A stretch of 64,000 nucleotides of DNA from positions 310,001-374,000 of the forward strand of contig JASANG010004046.1 of assembly GCA_030248215.1 (NCBI GenBank), written 5' to 3'. Below the pieces are notes generated by a model. It was not told the DNA's origin. It searched no databases and worked only from the letters and a program-made list of their open reading frames with translations. Source of the stretch: Enoplolaimus lenunculus (Eukaryota). Made by a program: the position numbers and the translations under genes. Shown one piece after another: positions 11,465-25,178 of the stretch; positions within the stretch are counted from its first letter, which is position 1, and the number at the start of each line of letters is the position of its first letter.

Positions 11465-12387
11465 GTTAGTCCGTGGCCTGACAGAGGCGTACCAGGAATG
11501 CGGCGGCAGATGGTTAAGGAAGTACCTTCTCTCCGCCAATTTAAATTTATTTCTGCCAGATATAGACGCTGCTTTGTTGAGGCATCATTACTGGTTGACT
11601 GGTTGCTATTTTTATTTTAAAAAACAGTAACAGTACTTTAGTACCACACCGGTAGCCAGATAACGTTGAAAGATGGGATGGGGCTAAACATTTTTCATAA
11701 GGAGCATACAAGGTTTTTCGATGATTTACAAGCAAGGTTGAACACTTCTGATTGGCCAAAATTCTTGCCGCATCGGTCACCCTTGGCTACGTCCCAGTTT
11801 AGTCGTTTTTTGACGTCGAAACCAAGTAATCTAAATCACTCGGTACGCCACTGGCTTGTAGTCAATTTCTTACGACTGATTTTAAAATATTAATTTTTTG
11901 TAAACAATAGGTGAAATAATACGCCTTAGGAAAAAACAATGTACATTATGTGGTGGTCCATTCCCAAGTAATACTGTTGACTACGGCGCAGACATATTTT
12001 ATAAAATGTAGGGGGTACTTTCTATAATAGTTTTCAAGTTGTATTGTAAACTGATAAACTGATACCGTGTCTAAAAACCATGTTCAAATTCCCAAATATG
12101 GAAAGGGATGAAACTGAACCAAATGGCAACGCTGTGAATATGGACAATGAGCCAAAACAATATCAACCTGAAACGTATTAAGGGCTTCAGTGCTTAAACT
12201 ATTAACATCGACAAGTTTTTTTCTACAATTGCTTATCGAGTACAAATTATTATGCTGGATCAATCATGGAATTGTCATATTTTGAAATCTTAGCTATTTG
12301 ACTACTCTATTCTAAAACCGTTTAATCGCTTTCTAAGTTATTCGGTCACCAGACCACATTTTTGAACGTCCCACGATTTAGTATTAA

Positions 12388-12701
12388 CAAGAGTCGATAT
12401 AATGACACTTGTACAAACGGGTGCAACTGGGCACTTTCTGTGTAGAAAAAATGTACCCAGGGCACGTTGCGTTTTTGACCTTACACCCCCCTTATTTTAG
12501 AGGGGGTACAAGTTGTGCGAATCACGGCACTGTATGTATACGGCATCAAAAACGATCCGCTTATAGTTTAATTTGGGTTTATCGCATGTGAAAGCAATTC
12601 CCGTCTAAATAAAATGGGTCGGCCAAAAACGTCACGCCAGGTGGTACATTCTGTACCATGTGGAACCCCAAGAGTGCATACTCTTGTATCATGCACTCTT
12701 G
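12388..12701 (+). mobile_element. P/Galileo-like MITE (CA..TG ends, 7-bp TSD)
   Basis: CAAGAGT ... CTCTTGTATCATGCACTCTTG; perfect TSD GTATTAA (12381-12387 / 12702-12708). Confidence 0.75.
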
Positions 12702-14982
12702 GTATTAATAATATAAATTGTGTTTATAAGTGTTACATGTTATTTTTTGTTTGCCCCCCCCGGCGACATGGCTTAACTTAGACTATAAAATTATTTGCAT
12801 TCTATAAGGCTACTTGTCCAGTGTCTTAACAGAAACTACGTATTGCTACTTGCATCAGCATTTGTTGTTGTTTCAGGAGGAACCAAATGCTTTCGACGGC
12901 GTAATTTATTGATCACAACACTAAAACGGTCGGTCAAAAGCACAGTTTGCCAAAAAGTTATATACTACAACATGGTTAACGTGTTAAATATGCTTCAGTC
13001 AAAAAATTTCCCAATTTTCAAATTAGACTTCGTTCTCGCTTTTGAGATGGTTTCGTTGAAATTTCGCTATAAATTTTAATACTACAATTCTGCTTAAATC
13101 TGGATGTTTTGCTTTCATGAATATTTTATCCAGTTTTCAAAGTTTAAAATTAAGAATTTAAGCTTTGAAACGTTTTTTTAATATTTTATAGTATTCGTAA
13201 GCTTACTTTCAGTAACATAGAGCCTAAGTAGTATACATTACGGGGTTTGCAACAATTTATTCAATTTTGCGTCTTTGTCAATATTACTTTTGTGTTTTCG
13301 GATTATAATATATATTTTTGACCGACACCATAAAATACTGTGTTGACATCGGGGAGTATAAAGGTTTTTCTTGGCTGCCTGCGCACCCCAACCTGTACCC
13401 GTGGCAAAGCTTTTGTATTTTTCAACAGCATTTAAAGAATTTCATGTCTTTCTAGCACCCTCTGCTATTTTTACTAACAATTCCTGGTCGGTTTTTGAGG
13501 TCAAATAGTTTTTGAACATATGCTAAAATCTGGTAGTTTAGGTGCGGAATAGGATAAAACATTGTTCGGTTTTTGGGGTACAAGAAGTTTCATCAACTCA
13601 CCATGGGTACTACTATATAAAAGTGGATCAAATATGGGAACTCAGATGTCAACAGTATTTATAGTGTCTCTATGCTGATGGGCACGCGTGTTAACTAATA
13701 TTTTCGTTGCTTTATATTTAACTTTATTTAAGCTTTATTATTGTGTATAACAAAGTCGATTGGCCATCATGTTTGTATAAAAATGTATATGTAAATAGTA
13801 TTTCGTTTATGTATCAATCACATCGCTTAAATTGTGTAATTGCGATTTTATCTATAATTAAGCTTAAACTTAAGTCTAACCGAACATACCATCTAAAGTT
13901 AAAACTTAAACTTACTCTTATTTGCTGCGCCGTACATAATAATTGTGTTAACGGTGCCACAAAATCTTTTGTTGAAAGCTAACATTTTTAAACTTATAGA
14001 TTCAAAATACTGATATGTTCATCAGTCTCGCTTTTAAATTAGACAGTCGAGATTTACGCAAAGATTTTATTATTATCATCATTGTCAATTATTGTGCTAA
14101 TATATAAATATATATTTATATATTAATGTCTGTGCGATATTAGCAACTGAACAAATTTAGAATAAAGTTTTTACTCTACAGAAATCTTTTAGTAATTTTA
14201 ATTTTACGCAAAACCCGCAAGTAAAACTATATTCCTATATCTCCGCCTCGGCCTACAACAACGTCTACTTAAAGTCTAAATAAATACTGCAAAAACTTAA
14301 TACTCCTGTGGAACTGAAAGTTATTGTCAAATTCCAATATTCTGAAATTTTTTTTAAATCACCATAGGCATGTGGCCAGAATTGTAAATTAGTGGGGTTG
14401 GAAAGAAAGTGAATTATTCCGTTTAATTAAAATCTAAGATATTATCGGGCTGTCGTGAATGTACTAGGTTAGGACGAAGGAATATAACAAAATTTGGTTC
14501 GTGAATTAGGTTGGGTTTAGGGTCTCTGCAGGGCCATACCATACCGACGGGCAGAAACATTCATAAAATTCAGTTGATTTGTATTGCATTTTGCCATTAA
14601 TATACTTGTATACCAATGTTTTATTATTTTCGCTTTTAGGTTGATGTTTTTAATTCCAGTTTACTGAATGCACATTTTGTGTCGCACTATTGTGATAAGT
14701 TTCGCAAAAAATCATGTATTTGTTTTCTGAAGACAGTGCTGGTTTTTTCCCGAAAAATTGAATCGACTGGAAAAACAGAAAATTTAAAAAGTATATTCTC
14801 GTAGTTCAGCAAAGAAAAATATGTTACCGGATGCTGAATTTGATGCAAAAATGTAACTAAGAGAATCACATATATAGTAAGCATATAGCAACATATAAAA
14901 AAATTCCTGATATGCAAATGTACATATAATACAGAAATGTCAAATATCAGAATAAGCAGCCCCTGAAAGGGTCAGGGAAACG

Positions 14983-15200
14983 GGGCACATATAACCTTAT
15001 GAATCAAAACAGGGTCAGAACAGTAGTATAACGATATTCCTAAACCTATAAGCACAAGCCTAAGCCTAAGCGTAAGGATGAGGCTATTCATGAGCCTAAG
15101 CTTAAGACTAAAGCCTAAGCAAAAAAGTTAGTCTAAATTTTAGGCTGACTCTATTCCAACCCCGCAGGCATACGTTCCGGCACTGTCCTGTACATGTGCC
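14983..15200 (-). mobile_element. TTAGGC-containing MITE, subfamily A
   Basis: Reverse-orientation copy with a GCCTAA array and CGTTCCG..TACATGTGCC end. Confidence 0.7.
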
Positions 15201-16221
15201 CATGACCTGCATCAATCTGTCACACCACCTGATATTAAATAGTTAAACGTCATGGGATGCATAATTTACTGTAGTACTCGGCGGTATTATTCCTTACAAC
15301 AGGAAAGTTGAACAAAAATTAACATTGTTCGGGAAAATTAGTTTTTACCGTGAATCCGTACTTAAGCAACTCTCGCAGTCAAGGCCATGCGACCATATAA
15401 CCAACTGCAATAACTAAGCATTCAGAGTTTTATTGCACACTTTCAAAAAACAGTTTTGGTTGTCAATCAATACTTGTGTAGTAAATAACTTTACACTAAG
15501 TCTTTTTAAAATTCTTGAAAGTGCCATAAATATTAAGTTGTTGAACAAAGCATACGAAGTTACTCAATTTTTCAACCAAGCAACTGGTCATTATGCCAAT
15601 ATAAAGTGAACGATTACAAGCTCACTATAATTGTAGCCCAACAACGAAACTTGAGAACGATTGACTTTTGCAGCAAAACAAATCACAAATCAGGTGACAA
15701 CCTCACAACTATAAAAACCACACACACAACAACTTCGTTGAAGACAAAGACATCAGGTGCTGATTGAATATAAATGGGCATAATTGATTATCCAAGCCCA
15801 TTGGCCGCTTAAAACGCTATAGGTTCAAACTATTTGAAGAGAGGCAGGTATAAATTTCAAATACATCACTAAACAGACGAAAACACTTCTGAAACGTCAA
15901 AATTATTCTAGAATGGTTAATCGTCCGTCCCACCCTGTTTATCCTGTACTTCAACTATTAAGTAATTTAAAGAAGTATGCAAGTTTTGAAAAAACCCATT
16001 CGAGTACTAATGTTGACCTAACCGGTCCGGTTCCGTGACATTTCTGAAATTCCAGTCCCCAAACTAAAATTGAACCAGTGCTACTTCGTTGCAAACCACA
16101 GGAGTGGCAAATCAACCTGATAACCGACTGAACCACTGCGATATATAAAACTTTGCTCACACTGCGGTAAATTAAAGATACAAAGGAACTGCAAGCAACC
16201 ATGCTGTACAGTACAAATAGA

Positions 16222-17308
16222 AACTAGAATGAAAAGTGCCACGATGTGGTCATAGAAAACGATATGTTTCGGGTATTGTAAGATTTTTAGTTGAATACCG
16301 CTTGTATTACAATTTTCATGCATGCGTATGTTTTAAAACTAGATTAATTTGATGCCAATCAGCGTCCTCCCGAAACATGACACAACAATACTATAGAATT
16401 AATAAAAGATCAATCATTCAGTTTGATTGACTGCGTAACGAAAACATGTCCGCAACGTTATCAGAGAAAAGTCACAATAGATGGTAAAGTGTCCCGACGA
16501 GGCTATAGAAAACGATAACCCATCAAGTTTTGGAGCTGTATAAATTTTGTACCGCACAGTGCCCTCTACATACTTGGCTGAACGGTACCCAGATTTTAGC
16601 AAACTTTTAAAACATTTATTACGTAACGAAACATTTGCAACTTTGCTGACGCAATCTGCGTTGTATTCCAATTGACCGCCCATGTAACGATCAGGGGCGG
16701 AACGTTTTTCTGTAGAACTATAATAGAATAAGCTTGAAGTTTTGACTAATTTTTTGTTTGGCTTAGGCTTAGGATTATGCTCATTCTTACGCTTAGGCTT
16801 AGGCTTAGGATTAGGAATATGCTTACAATACTGATCCGTTCCTGTTGTTTACATTGACCCAATGACGAACAAACACGTTTTTATTATTGGGTCATCAGCA
16901 TTTTACGCTTAATTTCTATTTATATACTATTTTTAAAACACAATATTAGTATTTATTTCTTATTTTAATATTTCGAAACAGTGGATCAAAATTTAACCGT
17001 ACGTGGCGGTGAGCGCAGCTGAAAAATGGCTAGACCCGAAAACATGTCTATTTGGCCGCTGTCATAGAACGTTGCAGACATGTTTTCGTTACGCAGTCAA
17101 TCAAACTGAATGATTGAACTTTTATTAATTCTATAGTATTGTTGTGTCATGTTTCGGGAGGACGCTGATTGGCATCAAATTAATCTAGTTTGAAAACTTT
17201 ATACGCATGTATGGAAATTGTAATACAAGCGGTATTCAACTAAAAATCTTACAATACCCGAAACATATCGTTTTCTATGACCACATCGGGGCACTTTTCA
17301 TTCTAGTT
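16222..17308. repeat. Long inverted repeat (~240-bp arms, ~610-bp spacer)
   Basis: 16222-16459 is the near-exact reverse complement of 17068-17308. Confidence 0.92.
16677..16859 (+). mobile_element. TTAGGC-containing MITE, subfamily A
   Basis: CCCATGTAACGATCAGGGGCGGAACG...TACATTGACC; flanks caattgac / caatgac. Confidence 0.8.
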
Positions 17309-18312
17309 ACGAAACTTTATGAAGAAATTTGATGTAAATTTACCTTAAGTGTGAAAATATTCAAATTTTAAGTTATAGATACTCACGTTATAATTGCCTT
17401 AGAACTGTTAAGCTATATTTCCATGAAAATTTCCAACTACATTTTCATAATCAATAAAGCCGCGCTTTCCTAATTTCATTTTTATTTATTAGGTAACTCG
17501 CTCAATTTATAATGCTAATATATTTTAATTCATATAAATTGTTTGAATTCAGATAGAAAATCAATACAATTGATAAGTACTTGCTCTAGTGAAAACTGAT
17601 TTTATGCTGCATAGTAGTGTAGAACCAAACATCCGTATCGGTATTGTAATCGGTATTTTGGAAGAATACTGATTCCGATACTTTCCATTTTGTATTTTAC
17701 ACATGAATTGAGTTAAATATATAATTGGAAAGTGCAGCATTTAAAAATATGGCTGCAACAAATATTTTGTGAAACATGCTGAATACGCATTTGCATCAAC
17801 ATGCGGACGTGGAAAATTGCTTGAAACACAATTTTGTTCGTTTCCTCTTAATTGTACAGGAAATTCTAATAATGCAATTCCATCCCCAGTGAAAACTGCG
17901 AATCCGCAACTATAAGGTTTGCTTTGTAACTTATTCTTGTTTTCTTTTCGAAAACGAAAAACTAAGGCGGCCGGGCCTGGGCCTGAAAAATCCGGGCCGC
18001 TTCATACCATAATGAGAGCCCGCTGTGTTCGAGCGTCACGTTTTTGAAAGAGACTGCTTGCTTTGGGAACCTTATTAAATTAATGGGGTTAATTTTGCAA
18101 GTCAAAATTTCTTTAAATATTCTAAACCGAGTTTTGGACATTTCAGTGCTCAACTTGGTGCTACTAATAATACATCGAGCAGTAAATCAAAACTGGTATC
18201 TGTACTTTACGAGTAACTTTGAGCTTAAATGTAAATCTAGGTTTAGAAAAAACCCAGGCGAATGTAAAATCTAGACACCTACTACGAATGAAATAAAAAG
18301 TGTCTTTCATAC

Positions 18313-18484
18313 CACTGGCGGATGCAGTGAGTGCCACTACGGCCTGAACCACCACAACTTGAATCAAGAGAAAGGTTTTGCATTAAGATTCCGCATTAAA
18401 TTAGCGTTCGACTTCGCTCTCTTCTTTTTTACATTATTATACGTTGAGCGACCGATCCTTTTGAAATTCCTGCATCCACCACGG
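18313..18484 (-). mobile_element. hAT-like MITE family 2
   Basis: CACTGGCGGATGC..GCATCCACCACGG; interior is reverse-similar to the 50019 copy. Confidence 0.65.
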
Positions 18485-19141
18485 CGTCACACAGATCTCG
18501 ACGAGCCGAGTTCAACGGTACTACAATTTTTTCTTTAAATATTGCGCATGAACACCGGTTGCCATGATCTTGAATGACATGCATTTGTATATAAATACCA
18601 CCAAAACAGAACAGTAGAAATAATAGACTTTTGATAGAAACATAAGAGAGACGTGAACACTTTTGGAAGAAACATATAATAGTGACACTACCGTGTCCCT
18701 ATGATTACGTGAACCATATGACAGTGTTGTAGTTTAATTTAATAATATATATTAATATTATGATGCAATTTTTGTATATATACTGTATGCTTGTACGCAA
18801 TGAGTGAGCATGCAAATTAAGCACGAACAGTAACTCATGAAAGTCAAAATAGCTTTTTCCCTAAAACTAAGATTTACGCTTTGAATTTTTGCACGAAAAT
18901 TTGGCAACAAATATCCATTAAAAATAGGTAAACCAAAATACAAAAAATTTGCTTTAAGACATTATATTCGGTGATTGAGAATTGTAAAAAGTGTACCCCG
19001 GAAATTTTCCATTTTAAAAGAGACGGCCTTCAGGCCGTCTCAAAAATTAAATCTCCCAGATAGATAACAACAGACGTGTATAGGTTTAAGTTCGACAAAA
19101 ACCTGTTTAGCGAATTTATAGTGTCATTTATACATAAATTT

Positions 19142-19330
19142 GCCCATAATAACTTTTAAGGCTGTCCCCGTTTTCTGGTGTGACTGCAAAAGAGTAGGCT
19201 TAGATTTTAGACTATTTTTTGCTTAGGCTTATGATTACTTAATTATGCACTTTTTTCAATCCTTAAACCTAGGCTTAGGCTTAGGAATATGCTTATTCTA
19301 CAGTTACGGCCCTAAAAGTGACACTAGTCC
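19142..19330 (+). mobile_element. TTAGGC-containing MITE, subfamily B
   Basis: Perfect 8-bp TSD ATAAATTT (19134-19141 / 19331-19338); internal TTAGGC array. Confidence 0.8.
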
Positions 19331-20754
19331 ATAAATTTAATCAGAAGGTCAGATTAACACTAATGCACTATACAGCTGTAATTGTTGATCAAACAAAACC
19401 AGCAAAATTAAAAAATATATAATATATGGAGCAATATTATTCTAAGATCAATGAAGTATATACGTCGTGCCTCAAACAGCTTTATTTGCCCTGTTGACAA
19501 ATGGCAAGGCACACAAGAACAACAGTTGTTGTTCAGGGCAGTCCAAACGGCTACTCAAATGCAAACTGTATTTGATACCAGAATTGCGCAGTCCAAACAA
19601 CTACGACTGCTGAAACGCAACCTGGTTTCGATTGGTTGCTTATGTTTTAACTTTGTTCAAGGCAACCGATTAGCAGTAATTACTCGACTTTACCATATTT
19701 TCAAGGTATCAGGTAAACCAGGTTATAACGTAGCGTACTGTTGTTTTGCATACTTTCGAATACCATGCAAGTGCGCAATATATGCAGAGTCTGATTTAGG
19801 TAGGCCGTTTGCTCTCCGCCAGAAATTTTTACCAAAATGTAATATATCTGTATAAATATGTTTCTTTTTGTTTTAGTTTTTATACCATTTCGGAAACAAC
19901 TGAAACCTGGAAAAAACGGAAAAAAACTAAAAAAACGATTTTCCACTGGTTTTTTCAGGCGCTTATCCCTACCTTATAAAGTAACATGCGCACATACATC
20001 GTGGCAAACCGTTTAACCTGACGAAGCTGATGGTGCGATAAATAAACGCTAATCTCATTGGATTCGCTAGTGATATTGTGTATTCTTATCAATCAGTAAT
20101 CTGCAAGGGCCGTTGGCGCAGCAAGAATAGTTGCGGTTGCATATCTGCAACAAAATGGTGGGCATCTCGTCGAACGCAAATACAAGTATATATGCAATCA
20201 TGCTCCCCAGTATAACCCGATCGTTTTGTAAAATTTTCGATGCCAATTGTTTATCTGAAGCTCATAATGTGTCTTTTCCAACCAAATAGTTGAAAAAATA
20301 CGACAGCGCGCTTTAAAACCGCAAAATTTTATATCTACAAAACTGTCCAAACTGCCGAAATACGCTGATGACCGGTGGCTTCCGGGGCAAAAATTGAACT
20401 CGTGTGGTTCAGTACCATATCAGCGTATAAGGTTCTGAACCTAACGCAATGCTTGTTATAACTTTTAGTTATCGAACAAAATATATTTATAGTTTAAAGT
20501 GGTCCGTATGTCTTTCAGTCCACTCGAGACAGAATGTAGCAAACCGGATGCTGTGGCTAATTTAGAAACATGATTGCACTGTGATGCAGATTGAAATTTA
20601 TTTAGAAAAATAATTATCGTAGTACATCAATTACTTAGCATAATATAGACTAAATGTAAAATACGAAATATGCATTTACGCTTTGAACAAAAATTAGCTA
20701 GACAAATTTAAAAGTTAGGTACATTTACGCCTTCTCGAGGTGCATTTTTGGTAT

Positions 20755-23348
20755 TCAAACATCGCTCAACCATCGTTTAATTAATCGTCTTGAACGTAAT
20801 TTCCGTTTCGGCCGCCATACAATATTTTCAACCCGCGCTTTAGCCGGGATATTCCATCTAGCAATGGGACATCCCTGACGTTGTGGTTGCAGCTCAATTT
20901 GGTCGTGCGACGAGCCGCGCCTTAGCGGATGGCTTAGGTCTAAATTTAGTGAACATATTTTCGGCCCGTTTACGTCCCCTTGCGGTGCTCCCGTTTGGGA
21001 CCTATCACCATAATAACCTTCGGCTCTAGTTTGCCTCCTGGTTCGCAACGAGGCTTTAGTTGTCACTTTTTGTGAAGGCAGCGTTCCAGCAACGGAAGAT
21101 CCAAACGACCCGGATGTAGGCCGAATTTTTGGCGATACTGGTACAGAATTATCGCGGCTCTGCCGAAAAGGTATGCTACTTCCGGTCTCGGTGTGGGCAG
21201 CAGTTGAAAAACACCATCGCCGATTTAAATGAGGGGCTAATGATTGAGAGTGACCACCTTGCGGAACTGATCTGGTATCAGCGGTCACCGCAGGCCGTTC
21301 ACAACATCGGAACTGGAACTGGCGCAGCCGTGCGAACATGCGATGCCGAAACGAATTACTGAACAATAGGTAAATGAAAAAGTTCAAACTTGAATTAACA
21401 CAAATTAGCAAGTTTCCGATGTCGGTGAGCTGTTGAAATTGTGATATTTTACTTCCGGTTTGCTCAAGGATGAGAAGTACGAACGGAAGTGTTTGACAAA
21501 GTAGGAACATGAACGAAATTGAAAGCAGCAACGAGTTAACGACTAAACAATTAAGTTGAGCCCCACCGCGGGGAGATAAGCATACCATGCTTGTGTGCGA
21601 CGGGCTTCGGGCACTTCCAGCTGTAGTTGCCAATGTATCGCAGCTAGCACGGGTTAAATTTGACTCTGAAAGGCCTCGGCAAGTTGGTGTAGCTGGTTTA
21701 GGATCTAGTTTTTGTTGACTAGAACCACCTGTGGCGGCAATTGTGAGTCTTGGAGTATCAGAAAGTGCCGCTTGAACCAACGGTGGGGATTGTGAGGGTG
21801 GACTGTCAAGGTTGTTCCAGCCGCAAGCCACCGGTGCAATCACTGACGATGAAAAATTGCTTAACTTCGAAGATTGAGTTGACGATTTAACGGCGAGAAA
21901 ATTTGAATTTTCACGTTTTATAATTGTTATTTTCGAACTGGTGCGAGCAGTCGGATTGCAAATTGAGTCTGTGCTGTCAATTTTACTAGCCATTGTTGTG
22001 GCGGTCGGGGGAGGTGTAGCGGAATGCGCTAGGGTTATAATGGTCGGTATTGCCGATGTATTTTGGTACGACAACGGGGATAGTGAATCTTGACTGTGGG
22101 TGGCATACGGCCTCACTAAACGTATTCCTTCTCCAATTTCAGTTCCGGTCCGGGGTTGGAAACGGAACGGTCGCTTATATGTGGTCCCGGATAAGGTTCG
22201 CCGAGTATTTTCCTTCTTTGTCACCACAAGTTGCCGTGATACGGTACCAGGGTGACAGACCAACTTTTCATAACTGTTCGTAATATCTGTACCTCGCACT
22301 CCATCAAGAATTAACGATTTCATACTTGAATTTGAAGAATTTAATTTTTTAGTTGCAGTAGTAGCAGTGGTTGTAGTAGTAGTAGTAGCGGCGTTGGAGC
22401 CGAAAGCTTCTTCGCAAGTACCCTCAGCAACAGGTTGGACTTGGGATTTGGGTAAATTAGACTCGCGACTACTGTCAGTTAACGAAGATTGGATGCAAGT
22501 GGAACCATTCGGAGGGGATGAGTAGCCCCAAACAGGGTTACTTCGTAGTGCTTGGGTTAAATTCATTCGAGACTGTGCGTTAGCTTCACTAGACTCTCTG
22601 GTTACCAAAGAACCAGCTACGCTTTGTCTGGTGCCAATAGGACGGCGATAGCCGTTTGATAAAGGACCCGGAACTTGGGAAGGGCGGGAAGAGCGGACCC
22701 TGCTGGTGAAACAAAACCGTGCGTGCGCTGGGGAGAGCGGGGCTAAGCTCTCATGTTGGCTTGCCGTTACTGATAGGCTAAACTGCTTGACAACAGATCC
22801 GTTCGCATGAAGACTTGTGGAACCGATTCCGCCGCGAGGCCGATGTTGTTTTTTAACACGCCATAAATTAACAATAATCCCTACGTTACTAACGGTAATA
22901 AGAAAAAATGGTATAACAAACATGAACGCAGTATAACCAAACGCCAGATAAACTTTTTGATAGACTGGATTCAATCGAAGGGCTGACGGCCAAATAATTG
23001 ATTTGGTTAAGTTGTTCCACGGTTCCCAACACGAATGTAGTTCGATTTCGAGCATTCGTGGCATGTTGTACGCAACGGCGACGCTAAACACGCACGATAC
23101 AACCCCTGTGGCGGCGCGACGAGAGACATTCAGCTGCTGGGTACGGATTGGGAATTGAATGCTGATAAATCGAGATACACCCATTGCTGAAATGACCCAC
23201 GCCGATGTTGATTGAGAGATTAGCCCGATCGGATAGACAACCACTGTTGAGCGAGATACCAAGTCGCTCAGAGGTGTGGCCCATGCGGCAGGAATTCGCG
23301 ATACGAGACGCGGAAGGGCGATCACGATGAAGCATGAGATAAGAATTC
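20755..23348 (-). CDS. GPCR coding exon 2 (TM2-TM7, long ICL3, C-tail)
   Basis: 2.6-kb stop-free frame in AT-rich DNA; acceptor gtttcag at 23349-23355. Confidence 0.92.
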
Positions 23349-23978
23349 CTGAAACAGTTTAAAATAATAAAAATATGGAATTTAAAAATTACACAATTGA
23401 AATTGTAACGTTTAATTTTTAGCGGAAAAGCTTTTTTTAGAGTTTGCTATTGATCTGGTATGGACGTCCACACCCGGCGACCAGGGCGTCAATTTATAAA
23501 GGCAGATAGTAAAAAGGTGAAAAAGGGTCTGTTATTGCCGCGAAATGTTAAACCTTCCGGCCCATGTATATATAGAACAGGGCCGGAACGTTAAGGACGT
23601 TGCCGGATAACATTAATTTTTTTTAAAAATTTTAGCGACACCCCTCTTAGTTTTGACTAAGTTTTTTTCTCAAACCGTAAGCCCAAAAGTAATCGAAGGG
23701 GTGCAAGGGCGAGAAAAACTTGATTGAAAATCAACAGACCTATATCGTTTACAAATAAGTACACTCCAAGAGACACATCTACTGATAATATTCTTACCTG
23801 AGTCGGCAATGCACAACGCAGTCAAATAAATACGAAATATGCTATCTTTAAGAAATTTTGGAATAATCGTAGTCGAACAGACAATATTTGCTAGTGTCCC
23901 AACTACACAAAACGTTCCCAGCGTGACACCAATTAAATAAAACGACGTATCATCGAACATAACACGATAACATTCCAT
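20755..23978 (-). CDS. Class A (rhodopsin-like) neuropeptide GPCR, FMRFamide-receptor-like, ~924 aa, two coding exons
   Basis: Exon 1 23978-23798 (MECY..GTLANIV..YLTALCIADS(G)|gtaag) joins exon 2 23348-20755 (tttcag|GILISCFIVIALP...) in phase 1. Seven hydrophobic segments; family-typical motifs YLTALCIAD, YNMPR, FVIPF..SN, FLLCQTLP and NSSLNFFIY. Confidence 0.9.
23798..23978 (-). CDS. GPCR coding exon 1 (TM1-TM2)
   Basis: ATG at 23978, preceded on - by the acceptor-like aattcag|caaact; donor G|gtaag at 23797. Confidence 0.85.
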
Positions 23979-24976
23979 AGTTTGCTGAATTTTGTACCGG
24001 ATTCGAATGTGAACAACAAAATTCTGTTTTTTAAGAAATGTAAATAATATTACACTAAATTTCACAATTTTTAGCTAAATTACAACAAAAATTTGAAAAT
24101 GTGTAAAAATAAAAACATGTCTGGTTTGAAGAGACTCGAATATAATACGATAACATACAATAAATATTGTTAGCAGAATGTTTACCCATTTCAAATTCCA
24201 AAACAATCAACCATTCTATTTTTTAAGAAATTAACTATAAGTACTAAGATACGCAGCCATGCAAACTTTTCGCTACCAATAGCTTTGATTATAACTAATC
24301 TGGTACACTGTAGCTTCGAGTGAGTTGGTTTTAACTCAGAACGAGTTGAATCACTCAACCTGAGTTAGGACTACCAGAACTCAGAAATCGCAGTTGATTC
24401 AAATGGGTCTCAGTTAACTAATGGACTCACCCAGGGTCAACTCAAGTCAGAGTGAGAAACAAGTCAACTCAAAGCAGGTTAATGTTCCCTGTTTCTAACT
24501 CAGAAATAACTAACTCGTCGTCTGAGTTAATTAGTGAACTCACTGAAATTTACAAAGTACTGCAACTAGAGAGCGGATCTTGCATTTATAAAACGACAAG
24601 GGGTTCACTTTGTTTTTTTAGTAAATATATCTATGCGATTACTCAAATAGGTTAAGGAAATAAACAAACCACGCAATTGCAGAGCTTATTGTTTTGCGTC
24701 GAATCGTGTAAATGAAGGTTCAAATCCCCAGCGCCCCTCCTATTAAAATTTGCAAAAAGTATTATGTATGACGTGTAAGACGTTGCCCAGTGACAAACAA
24801 TATTTTCCTAATTTGTCTGTTTCAGAAAATAATTAAATTATTTATATTTAGCGTTTTTAATATAAATTTTAGCATTTATAAGCCTGCTAACATTATTAAA
24901 TCATACTTTTGTGATGTGTATATCAAGCTGTTAAAAGATTTTCCGGAGAGGGGAGACAGAAAATGCTACTTGCTAC

Positions 24977-25178
24977 GGCCTATATATAGCTGAGGGTCGC
25001 AACCGTAGTGTACTTACGCATATTCCTAAGTTTATGCGCAACTGCTAACGTGCGGATAAGTCTTTAACAAATCCTAGGTTGAACATAAACATAAGTATAT
25101 AAAAATTAGTCCAAAGCTTAACCTTGCTCTTCTTTAGTCCAGCAAAATCCGGCCCGCCCCTAAGCTATACATTGAGGC
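24977..25178 (-). mobile_element. TTAGGC-containing MITE (degenerate)
   Basis: GGCC start, GCATATTCCTAAG.., CCGCCCC..TACATTG end. Confidence 0.6.

Noticed and set aside
12080..12181. Possible terminal exon of the DEG/ENaC gene (..DETEPNGNAVNMDNEPKQYQPETY*)
   Set aside because: The composition is plausible, but I could not find a phase-compatible acceptor for the donor at 11465, so it is left unannotated.
20366..20395. CTGATGA followed by a CCGG hairpin (hammerhead-like)
   Set aside because: No GAAA after the stem and no stem I or III.
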